Origin: Penicillus capitatus
Lineage: Eukaryota > Plantae > Chlorophyta
Direction of reading: 5' to 3'
NCBI GenBank assembly: GCA_965649825.1
Contig: OZ287701.1
Location: 857,101 to 921,100 of the forward strand
DNA: 64,000 nt
Shown: positions 1-12,463 of the stretch, in pieces
Layout: each line of letters opens with the position of its first letter
How positions within the stretch are numbered: the first letter of the stretch is position 1
The notes under the pieces: generated by a model
Database searches by the model: none
Told to the model about the DNA's origin: nothing
What the model saw: only the letters and a program-made list of their open reading frames with translations
Translations under genes and position numbers: made by a program

Positions 1-1886
1 ACCAATCCGTCATCGACACATTTCTCGTCGAAAACGGGACATGTTCTTTGGTAGCTGTGATGGTGACCAGACCAAACCATGTCGACCTGAAAACACAAAT
101 CTGAACCCTATTCAGAAGGATTCAGTAGCTTACTCCATTTTCGTAGAAGAGCTCTCCAAACTGCTCTTGAAGTTCTTGACCCACAAACCAGTATCCACCA
201 CGCCTGTCAAATGTGATTCCGGGGTACATGGGGCGATGGACGCAGACGATGACCCAAGGCGTCACTGAGCGATCCACGGATTCGAGATCTTCTTTGATGA
301 ACCTGCACAGTCCGCGCGTTTTCTATGATCTTTGAACGAAGGACATGTTTACTCGAATTGCTCTGTGCCAGATTCGAAGTCGTGCTCGCCGCTGAAGGTG
401 AGGAAGTGGATGGGTCCGAAGTTGACGGAGTACCATGGCTTGTCGACTTCCTTGACTGGCATCTGAAGTCTTCTCTCGTAAGCGACCCCACATTCGCCTC
501 CTGAATCACGTTTTGTGTCATAGCGATCCCCGGATCCTGGGTAGAGGCGTTCGTGGTTTCCAAGGACTGTCTAGAAAGCGAGCAGATTCGGAGCCAGATC
601 AGAGATGGATAAAGGATCACCATGTAAGGGACCTTGGAGACCAGCGGATAGAGCTGATCAAAGAACACGTCCCAGTCTGCGACGTAGCCTTGCGCATAGG
701 AGATGTCCCCGACGTGAAGCACCAGGTCGACGTCTTCCTCCAAGTGGATGTTCTTGGAGGTGCCCAGCGATGGCTTGTAGCCGTGCGGATTGTCGAAGTA
801 GTCGACGTTGTACTGTCCCATGTCCGCTAGACCGATGATCTTGACGAACGCCTCGGGACCGACCGCCGGAGGCGCTTTGAACTCGTGCTCCTCGCTGAAA
901 CCTCCGATCTGCACATCTGATGTCCAAGAATGCTCAGCAAGGACTGCGATCTCACGTCGTTGCCGAATCTGTAGTAGTAGCGCCGTCCCGGCCTCAGACC
1001 TTTAAGCACGGCTGAGTACATGTACCCGGGATCGATGTACCCTTGCTACACAAACAGCGCACACAGAGATCTCGACCAGTTCGCGCGGAAGCAGGAGTCC
1101 CACAGTCGTGGCAGGAGGGCCGCACAGGTCATTGGGTGTGTACGTCGTCCGCTCTGCGACCACTTCCGCGTCGAGCTTTCCTGATTTGGTGCCCCATTGC
1201 ACCACCGACTTCTCCTTCGACGACGAGACCCACTGCACCCGCATCTCACTAAACAATCAGTCAGCGGAGTCACTCCATGTCGGTCACACTTTTCTTTGTC
1301 TGTCAACGCCAGATGCACCGAAAGAGGGTACCCTCCGCGGCGCAGTTTGATGACAGGGCTCTCTCCGAGCACACGAGGACTGTCACGAAATTCCCGAATG
1401 AACAGGAACTTGACGTCCGTGCGGTGGTTGAAGAGTCTCACCCTACAGGTTCGTACTTCAGGGCATAACATCCCATGTTTGCGATTCGTACGGGAGCGAA
1501 CCCGATCCCGACAGCAGATGCGTTGGCGCATCTGAGGCGTAAGTGGATTTGATTGGGGCCTTTGAAAGCCAGTCTTCTTCGCCATAAGCGTAGAGAGCGA
1601 TAATGTCATCGTCGTGGGGCGTCGGTACGGATTTCCACGAAACGGTGACCCAGTCGAATCCTCTTCCGTCGAATTTCGTGGCATTGACGTCGAGAGAGAA
1701 CTCTTCGTTTTTAAGAGATGGCGGAAAAGAGACGAGGTCTGGGTGGTAGTGGTTGAGTGGGTGCTCTTCGTCCGTCGATACGCTCGTGTTTAATGCGCCG
1801 TTTGCTTTTCCCTTGGCAATACATCTCCTCACAGAGAAAGAGAGATACAGTAAGAAGAAAACGCAGTAGACCCGATGCAAAAGCAT
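1..1886 (-). CDS. Purple acid phosphatase / nucleotide pyrophosphatase-type metallophosphoesterase, copy A (multi-exon; 3' end runs off the window)
   Basis: Hydrophobic N-terminus from ATG at 1886, Fn3-like segment (MRVQWVSS...VVQWG), and PAP motifs ADMG, GDISYA, GNHE, HRPMY and GHHHSYQRTC across short GT-AG introns. Confidence 0.9.
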
Positions 1887-1968
1887 GCTTGAACGCTCGA
1901 ACCCGAAAAATTCGACATCAAAGACGTCATCATTATGAAGAACGCAAGCATCTTCAGATTCCCAATGG

Positions 1969-2808
1969 ATGGCACAGAGAGCGGCACTGCAGGTCGTCGT
2001 GGATCTGCGTTTCAAAGATGAGAGAACGGGCTCTCCGGGTGGCAGAGACAACGCCGCGGGACGAATCCTTCCAGCCGTCGTCGGACACGTGGACAGAAGC
2101 GTCGAGGAACTCGAGAGAGGCAGACTCGTCGGTTCGGCTCTCACTTCTCGTACTCCACTCTCATCCTCTGCGACGCTTAGGCCTGCCCATGGACACGATC
2201 TACGGATTGGCGGCGGACGCAGGGAACGGAAACGCCGTCAACGCCCTGTATGCGACGAAGGGTCGTTCGACGCACGTGCCGCTGGCCGTGTGCGTTGCTG
2301 AGGTTCAGGATGTCGCCAAACTGTGCGAGGTGCATCACCTGCCCGGCGGGTTGCTGGATGCTCTGGTGCCTGGACCCGTAACGGCGGTCCTCCGCCGGCA
2401 GGAGACGTCTCTCCTCCCGTTAGAGCTCAATCCAGGTCTCCCTTCGATCGGTAGGTTCTGATGGAACCCATGGTGCCATCTCGCGTTTCGGCTGCATCTC
2501 TAGGCGTGCGGGTACCGGATGCCGAGTTCGCTCGCCTTCTGTGCAGTCGGCTGCGCAAACCGATCACGCTGACGAGCGCCAACAGGAGCGCAGATCCGTC
2601 AAGTGTGTGCGTTTCTGAGTTTCAGGAGCTCTGGCCGGACTGTGCCGTCGTCTTTGACGGTGGCCGAAGCTCAGGATCAAAACTGGGATCGACCGTGGTG
2701 GACCTGTCGTCATCGGGCCAATACAGAATTCTGCGCGCAGAGGACGGTCTCCACCAGTCCGTTCTGGAAGCTCTTAAGCGTTTTGGCCTTCGAGAAGCTT
2801 CTGAGTGA
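1969..2808 (+). CDS. YRDC: Threonylcarbamoyl-AMP synthase (YrdC/Sua5 domain), 3 exons
   Basis: Motifs LPMDTIYGL, KGR...PLAV, PGPVT, GVRVPD, LTSANRS and STVVDL. Two short GT-AG introns (near 2131-2179 and 2452-2503) join the ORF pieces in frame. Confidence 0.9.
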
Positions 2809-3974
2809 AATCGCATTTGTCTGTTGCTCGCGCGTTTCTTTGGCGGAGCTTTCGTCAGATGAACAGACGGCACGCCTGTTACTCGACGAAACTGTTCTCG
2901 GAATGAATTCACAGCGATCGTCTTCTACGCGCCCGATCGTACGAAGAACCTCCTTTGCGAGCTGCGCAGTGGTTTCTTTCTCTGCATTCCTTGAACGACG
3001 GTCACCAATTAGACGACGCCTCTTTTGTGCAGCCGTCTTTTCTCGCGAAAGACAAAAATCTCGACTCGCTTGATCGCCGTCTCTCGTGTCTGCTACTGAC
3101 GACATACTGACAAGAGAAGATCCATTGGAAATCTCCGGCCCGCGAAAAGCAGGAATCGTTAAACGAGACAGTCTTACGGATTTTAGAGGTTAGATCGGCG
3201 CCCACGTAGGTAGAGAGTTCGCCAGATCGTTTCAGATAGCTACGCGCCAATATTTCGACATGCACACCATGTGATCATCATCAAACCAATAACCAATTCA
3301 TACCATCCTAAATCAATCTATGTTGGCCATTGTCGCGTCATCAGAAGAGTGCTCAAATGAGAAATTAACAAGGAATTCTGTCAAGTCACGGATCGCGCGA
3401 TTCTGATGTGAAGATATCCTTGAGAGGCTCTCACCTTGCCCTTCGATCACTCAAAAGTAAAGAGCATATAGTTACATTTCTTTGATACTTGTACGACAGC
3501 AAGTCTCAAACTAGTACTGAGATGCAATAGGTATAAGTCCACAGGGTGATTTCTAGAACACGATTTGCTAAACGTCAGAAATGGGTATCCGGTTCGATTT
3601 TACATGCAGCCTCTCATGTACCAGTCATAACCACCACTTCTGCATGATCCTCGAGAAATAACATTCCTTCACACGTGACTGGATAACGGCACAGTCCGTT
3701 CCACAGCAGGAGATTTGGATGCTGGAAGCGTTTCAGTCGATTCTAGCGCTTGCTTATTGCTCGGCGGCTTCGTCGTTGGTGATTACGTCGCCATCACTAA
3801 CTGCCTCACACGGTTGCGACTGTCATTTGCGGTCAAAACCCCGGGCGTTTCTGAATTGTATTGCTTTTTCGTTTCTTCGAGTTTTGGACGTTTCTCGCTG
3901 CGCTTACCTTTCCAGCAGAAACGCTTCCCGGTCGCCGCTCTCTTCACGTTTTCCGTCTACCGCTGTCCAAGCCG

Positions 3975-4450
3975 CTGCCTTTCGACGCACTCACCCTCCA
4001 AGAACGATCTGCTGAAGAGAGATCGGAAGCCGACTCCAGCCATTCGGCACTCCGTCCGCGTGTGTCTTCGATAGTGAGTCGAATCTCTCCTCCTGCCCTC
4101 GTAGGCAATTCCTTCAAATTATCCAACGTTCATTTGCGTCTTGCAGGTCGCCAGTTGACGAAAACTCGCCCTCCGCGACCGAAAGGATCGACTCGTAACT
4201 GTCCAGAACGCGGGTCGTGGGTGTTGTGGACTCGACAATGGAATCCGGCGCGGCTGTTCTCTGGACTGCTGGGTGGCTCGGAGACGCGTGGCATGGGACG
4301 GTTGACGTCTGAATCGACAGAGGTAGCTAAGGATGGAGCTTCTGGGAGAATCCAGAGTGAGCCATGCAGGTACCAAACTGTCTCCGGCGCGATAGACAAG
4401 GGACATTTCAGAAGACGACAGTAGAATGGGCACCGCATCATGGTATGGCG
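3975..4450 (-). pseudogene. Internally deleted, disrupted paralogue of the unknown gene at about 42.1-43.8 kb
   Basis: 3975-4270 aligns with about 42555-42855 and 4270-4400 with about 43460-43590. Shared peptides GRSAEWLESASDLS, KELPTRAGG and DVNRP..RV. This copy has an in-frame stop and a frameshift. Confidence 0.6.
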
Positions 4451-5039
4451 CCTGGTGGTGGTCTGACGGTTGACGGACCACCATGGTAAGTGCAGACGGT
4501 CGCCGTTCATTTTTCAGAACCCTGTGTTTCGATATAGCTACGGACGAGATGATTGGTCGTCCGTCCTGATCGGGACTACAGCAACAGTGGAGAGCGAGTC
4601 CACCGTGCGACGCAGGACGGATCTGGATCGGCTGCAGGCAGTCAGATGTGAGGCTGTTCCAGAGATTAACAGCCAACACTCCGTGATCGCAATAGCCAGG
4701 TCAGTCCACTCTTTACGCACTCTCTCCTAAACGATTTTACAGTTCACAGAGGGAGAAAGAAACACTATCTGGTGGAGGCCCATCTTAGCAGATACGGATG
4801 AAAGAAGATCCCCATCAACAATTCAGTCAACCATAAATTTTTCTTTAGCGAACAGAACGCTGGAATCAAAGCCAGTGATCTCCAAGGACCGAAGCGACAA
4901 AGCCTGGAGCCCTGAGCAAGTCCATTACCTGGGGAATAACAATGCCAGCTGCCTTCTCGGTTCCACCCAACTCGTGGCCAGTCGAAGAGGAGACGTGTAT
5001 GAAGCACGCAGACATCAGCCCGTGGTCAACAAAGGGCAT

Positions 5040-5250
5040 GTACATGAGTCTGCCGTCGATCTGCCTTGATGCAGATCGACGCAGACCTGTACGTAGCTAC
5101 TCCATGTGCATGAGTCTGTCGTCGATCTGCCTTGATGCAGATCGACGCAGTCCTGCACATGGAGGCGCTCAAGAGGCCATAGCTACTGCCATGTGCATGA
5201 GTCTGCCGTCGATCTGCCTTGATGCAGATCGACGCAGACCTGCACATGGC
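5040..5250 (+). repeat. Three direct copies of an about 50-bp unit (catgagtctgccgtcgatctgccttgatgcagatcgacgcagacctg)
   Basis: Near-identical unit read directly at about 5043, 5109 and 5196, separated by short unique linkers. Confidence 0.9.
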
Positions 5251-5305
5251 ATAAGTATCCAAGCCTGGAACAACGAGCCTACCCGAGTCGTGCTTTCCCA
5301 GCGTC

Positions 5306-5735
5306 ATGGGAAGAAGCTCGAGACCCGGCAGCTTCAGAGACTCCGTCTCGGTCGAGTCCAAGACCTACCGCTTCGTCAGACACGCAACCGTTGCCTCCTC
5401 CATCCACAAGAACTTCTCCTTCGTCGCTAAGGTACGTGCATGCACGATAATCTGGATCGGTTTCACTTGGGTGTGTGTCTGGCAGCAACTAGAAGGCCGT
5501 CGGCTTTGCGGTGTCGGAGGTATGCGTCATCGGCAACTGGTTCAGCCCCAAGACAATGACGACGTCCAAGTGGCTGACGCTTCAGGAGCTGATGGACGAC
5601 ATGGATCTTCTTGACGTGGAGAAGTGCAGGGATATCGCCAAGAGAAGAGTAATGTCCGGAGAGTTGACTACGGCGTATGAATCTCTTATGGACAGACTCG
5701 AATGTTCCCTCAAGCCATTTCATATCAGTACTTGA
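5306..5735 (+). CDS. Hypothetical protein exons, unknown function
   Basis: ORF 5306.. and ORF 5511..5735 can be joined in frame by a GT-AG intron starting gtacgt at about 5431. No family recognised. Confidence 0.3.
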
Positions 5736-6309
5736 CGAGGAAACAGTATGGTTAAGAGAAGCGGCTGTTCTTCTGCAGATATATAATGTTAAAGGTATGG
5801 AACCTTAGAATGCAAAAAAAAGCTGAATGCGATGTTCCAGACAGGCCAGAAGATTCGGATCTTTGTGGAGGACACTGTGGAGAATTGATGCGTGAAGTCT
5901 TGTCGTGGAAGATCAATCAATTACCGTTTGAGAGGATTTCGCTGGTCACCGAGATTTGATGCGGACAGAAGGCAACACATATGACTGCCTCGATCAGCAT
6001 CACTGCATCGCCTCTAGAGATCACTTCATCGATTGATCTCTGCTCAGCATAATCCAACCCATCCGATGCAAGAGGTTTCACTTACGTTAACAGCTGGTCT
6101 ATTGGCACAAGTGTTGTTCATCACGAAGAGATGTCTTACAAGGTCAGAGTGTTAGTTCATCAGCCAGTGAATTCTGTGAAGCTCTGAGAGACCTGGAGAA
6201 ATGTGCCGAGGAAGCAATCTCATTATGCTGGCCGAAAAGGGCGTCGTTGAAGAGAATTACTGTAGGTTCTCTCATGATCAGCTGTGTTGACAAGAGAGAC
6301 GACACGTGA

Positions 6310-7480
6310 CGAAGCCGACATCCGACAACCTACGATGAAGCATCTGGCAGCGGACATCCTGTGATCCGACATCCGACAGCCCATTGATGAAGACGACGAC
6401 CGATGATGAAGCTCCCAGCAGTCGATAATCTGTGATCCGGAATCCGACAAACGATGGTGAAGACGATAGCCTAGATCTGGAATCCGACAGCCCATCGATG
6501 GAGACGACGACCGATGATGAAGCTCCCAGCAGTCGATAATCCGACATCCGACATCCGACAGCCCATCGATGAAGACGACGACCGATGATGAAGCATCTGG
6601 CAGCAGGACAACCTGTGATCTGACATCCAACAGCCTACAGTGAAGCCTCAGGCAGCCTATGATCTGAATTCCGGCAGCAGACAGTCTGCGATCTGACATT
6701 CGACGGTGTACGATGAAGATGAGAGCGTGTGATCTGGAATCCGGCAGTCTGTGATGACGACGAGAACCGACGATCAAGTTTATAATAGCAGACAACTTAT
6801 GATCCGATATCTGACAGACCTATGATGAAGACGACAACCGACGATGAAACATTGGCAGCCTCTGATCTGACATTCGACGGCGTATGATGAAGCCTCCAGC
6901 AGCAGACAACCTACGATCTGGAATCCGGAAATCTATGACGATGAACAACCGACGATGAAGCCCTCGGCAGCCGACAACCTATCGATCTGGAATCCGAAAG
7001 TCTGTGATGAAGACGACAACCGACGATGAAACCTCCAGCGACCTATGATCCGACATCCTACGGGGTACGATGAATCCGACAGGTTATGATCTCGAATCCG
7101 ATGGTGCATGACGAAGCCTCCAGCAGCAGATATCCTATGTAATTGAACACCTGACAGTCTCCAGCAGCAGACATCTTATATCATCTGGAATCCGAAAAAC
7201 TACGACGAAGACGACAACCTGTGATCAAGCCTCCAGCAGCAGATATCCTACATGATCTGGAATCTGATAGCCTATAATGATGACGATATCTTATGATGAA
7301 GCCTCATACAGCCTATGATCTGACAACCTCCGGCAGACAATTCTCGATTTGACAGCAGCAGACAGCCTTTTACCAGCCTCCAGCAGCATAAAATTCTCGA
7401 TTTGACAGCAGCAGACAGCCTTTTACCAGCCTCCAGCAGCATAAAATTTTCGACTTGACAGCAGCAGACAGCCTTTTATC
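6310..7480. repeat. Degenerate minisatellite array (about 60-70 bp units), ending in three about 52-bp copies
   Basis: Recurring gatctggaatccgac / gatgaagacgacgaccgatgatgaagc / cagcagcagac motifs. Frame-shifting indels make continuous coding unlikely. Confidence 0.85.
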
Positions 7481-7674
7481 AAGCCGATCGCGTGCATTTC
7501 AGTTGTTGGGCGACATTCTCAATTACCTCTAGACGAATAATTATATGGCGTTTTTGCATATCTTTTGAGCATTTAAAAATTCTGGACTTGTACAAACTAG
7601 ATTTTACAATCTTGATGACGTAGTACTGAATCGATCACATTCTGTCCGATTTGTTTAATAAAAAGAGGGATTCT

Positions 7675-7807
7675 CTGTTTAGGCCATCTCATTTATGGCA
7701 AATGTACAGACACATGATATGCTGTTTAGGCCATCTCATTTATGGCAAATGTACAGACACCTGTTAAGCTGTTTAGGGCATCTCATTTATGGCAAATGTA
7801 CAGACAC
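7675..7807. repeat. Three 39-bp direct repeats at 47-bp period with different 8-nt linkers
   Basis: ctgtttagg(c/g)catctcatttatggcaaatgtacagacac starts at 7675, 7722 and 7769. Confidence 0.95.
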
Positions 7808-7982
7808 AGTAGACGATGTAGCTCGCGATAACGAACGCGTCGAAAACGCAATATAAGACGTCCCTTACGCATCCCAGTCCAGGTTGCTAGAAGTGTGTTC
7901 GATCGACTCTGTTTAAACATGCAGGACTCAGAGAACCACAAAGAAGCTCGATTGTATACTACTGTCACCCAAATGGCATCTC

Positions 7983-10321
<2,339 letters not shown>

Positions 10322-10546
10322 TCAGGTGATAGTTACTCTGGCAATTTAGGAAATGGAGGTGCCTATGCCGAACATACGTTCAAGGAGAAATGTTGGGTGC
10401 CTTGCAAGTCTTTTTCCCGACCGGTTTGTACACGATTTTGAATTTGTGATGGTCATTATTGCCTGCACGTTGGGTGACCGCAACTACAGACCGCCCTGAA
10501 CATTCTGAAAATGCAGTAACGCGCTGTGTTCCACAGATGGTCCGGG

Positions 10547-10793
10547 TGTCGCCGAGCGATGTGACACTGCCTTGTTTTGTGAGGGTCAACCGTGCGAGGG
10601 GGTGCTGCCTGTCTTGTCAACGGCGTCTTGGGACGCCTTTCTCTGGCCCTGAGCACGAGCTGACTCACCTTTCTAGAAGGGTTACGTCAGCAGGCGACTA
10701 TATAATGCAGAACCTGAACGTTGTTTCGCCTTGCTCCGAACACTGTAACAAGACTTCCGCTGTTATCGTTTAGTTCGGCGCCTCCGCGCGACA
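10547..10793 (+). repeat. 5' LTR of gag-only element (contains TATATAA at 10699-10705)
   Basis: Identical to 12217-12463, with TG...CA ends. Confidence 0.95.
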
Positions 10794-10806
10794 TGGTTTC
10801 GGAGCG
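10794..10806 (+). promoter_or_regulatory. Primer-binding site TGGTTTCGGAGCG
   Basis: Starts with TGG immediately after the LTR. The identical 13-mer occurs in the gypsy element at 60898-60910 (minus strand). Confidence 0.85.
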
Positions 10807-10949
10807 TTGTTAAACGTTCCTCAGTTTGATCTCCGTCTAAGTGACGTTGCGTGTTTGCTGTGTGCATTACGCGCCTTTCTGAGTGGAAGTCGAGTCCTGT
10901 CTAGACACGTCTAGACGCACCTAGGAAATTCAAGGAAGCAGTAGCAAGG

Positions 10950-12152
10950 ATGAGTCAAGTACGACGAGAGAGAAGAACGGAGCAAGGTCACGTAGAAGAG
11001 GGGTTTTACAATGCCACAGTTGTCGGGCCGAACCTGCTCAGTTGGCTTCATGAAGACGAGGGTTTATACCCGGAAGGACTTACCTTTCGCAGGGTACAGA
11101 CGTGGCGTCGGGGTTACTCCGTCGACGTGCTCAAGGAAAGATACTTGTTGGAGGCGACGGAGCTGTGCGCTTTCTTCCGCTACATCTGTCCGAGGCTCCA
11201 AGAGAGACGGGACCTGCGAGAGGAGAACGAACACCTACGACGGCAGTTGGAGGGTGAGCGGCACAAGGCCTCCGAGGCGGCGAGAAGATTGCGCGAGGGA
11301 AAGGAGAAGATATACCAAAGGGCGACGACCCTTGACGCAGAGAAGGAGCAGCTGCGACAGCAGCTGCAGAGCGAACGACTGACCGCGTCTGAAGCACGGA
11401 AAGCATGTGCCGACGCAGCCCGGGAGAGCGAACGGTGGAAAGGGCTCCACGACGAGCTATACCGGGAGTTTGAGCAGGGACTGCAACAAAACGCCTTGGC
11501 TGCGCAAGCATGGGAAGAAGTGAATGTGAAGAACGAACGGTTATCGGGGGCGAATGCGAGGCTGCAACAGGATCTTGCCGAGGCGCAGCAAGGCAGCGTC
11601 AAGGCACAGCAAGATGCAAACGAGGCACGCGTGGAAGCCTCCTCTCTCCATGAGAAGCTTAGAGAGACTGATGCCGCCTTCACAGAGGCGAAGAAAAAGT
11701 TTATTTCGGCACCTGATTTGGTGCCATGTCTACAGTCTTTGGCCGCCGAGGTGAAGACTCTGCAGGAAACCGTACGGACGAACGGCGAAAGGACGGCTGA
11801 GTTGATGACGACAAGACCGGCAGAAGGACGGAGAACCGTGAAGACGTTGCATCAGATGAAGCGCGTTTTGCACGACATTGGGCGGTTCCCGCGCCGACGA
11901 CGGGCGAGAGCAACCGACGCGGCAGATGATGGCGGAGGTGCCATCAAGCGCGGTCGGATATGTTATGTGTGCCGATGCAAGGGGCATCTGGCCAAGGACT
12001 GTCCGCAAGCGCGGGTTAATGCGGTCGAGTCAGTGGATCCGACGATATCGGATGCGCAGCAGAGAGCGGGGGAACCAAACACAGAAGCATCATCATCTTC
12101 GGGATGGACCATTTTCTCGGCGCTGCGACGATTCACCTCGGGCATAGACTGA
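10950..12152 (+). CDS. Gag-like protein, 400 aa: long coiled coil plus CCHC zinc knuckle
   Basis: Intronless ORF inside the LTR element. E/R/Q/A-rich heptad region and CX2CX4HX4C motif CYVCRCKGHLAKDC. Confidence 0.85.
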   Translation: MSQVRRERRTEQGHVEEGFYNATVVGPNLLSWLHEDEGLYPEGLTFRRVQTWRRGYSVDVLKERYLLEATELCAFFRYICPRLQERRDLREENEHLRRQLEGERHKASEAARRLREGKEKIYQRATTLDAEKEQLRQQLQSERLTASEARKACADAARESERWKGLHDELYREFEQGLQQNALAAQAWEEVNVKNERLSGANARLQQDLAEAQQGSVKAQQDANEARVEASSLHEKLRETDAAFTEAKKKFISAPDLVPCLQSLAAEVKTLQETVRTNGERTAELMTTRPAEGRRTVKTLHQMKRVLHDIGRFPRRRRARATDAADDGGGAIKRGRICYVCRCKGHLAKDCPQARVNAVESVDPTISDAQQRAGEPNTEASSSSGWTIFSALRRFTSGID

Positions 12153-12216
12153 TTTCATTCTGTTGTTTTCGTGGGGGCTTGCTTGCGTTTTTTTCGGAGT
12201 TTGGCGGGAAGCGTGG

Positions 12217-12463
12217 TGTCGCCGAGCGATGTGACACTGCCTTGTTTTGTGAGGGTCAACCGTGCGAGGGGGTGCTGCCTGTCTTGTCAACGGCGTCTTG
12301 GGACGCCTTTCTCTGGCCCTGAGCACGAGCTGACTCACCTTTCTAGAAGGGTTACGTCAGCAGGCGACTATATAATGCAGAACCTGAACGTTGTTTCGCC
12401 TTGCTCCGAACACTGTAACAAGACTTCCGCTGTTATCGTTTAGTTCGGCGCCTCCGCGCGACA
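12217..12463 (+). repeat. 3' LTR of gag-only element
   Basis: Identical to 10547-10793 and followed by the TSD CCGGG. Confidence 0.95.

Larger units (their letters stand above)
10547..12463 (+). mobile_element. Non-autonomous gag-only LTR retrotransposon (TR-GAG/TRIM-like), 1,917 bp
   Basis: Identical 247-bp TG...CA LTRs (10547-10793 and 12217-12463), 5-bp TSD CCGGG on both sides, PBS TGGTTTCGGAGCG directly after the 5' LTR, purine-rich tract before the 3' LTR, and a single internal ORF with no pol. Confidence 0.93.

Noticed and set aside
2710-3105. bZIP-like basic region in a minus-strand ORF
   Set aside because: It lacks the invariant Asn-x7-Arg and a leucine zipper, and it overlaps the YRDC 3' end.
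7675-7807. CRISPR array
   Set aside because: Only three repeats with 8-nt spacers, no cas genes, and an intron-rich eukaryotic context.
10459-10773. Duplicate small ORFs (10459-10773, 12171-12443 and their antisense partners)
   Set aside because: They lie within the two identical LTRs, so the duplication is explained without protein coding.
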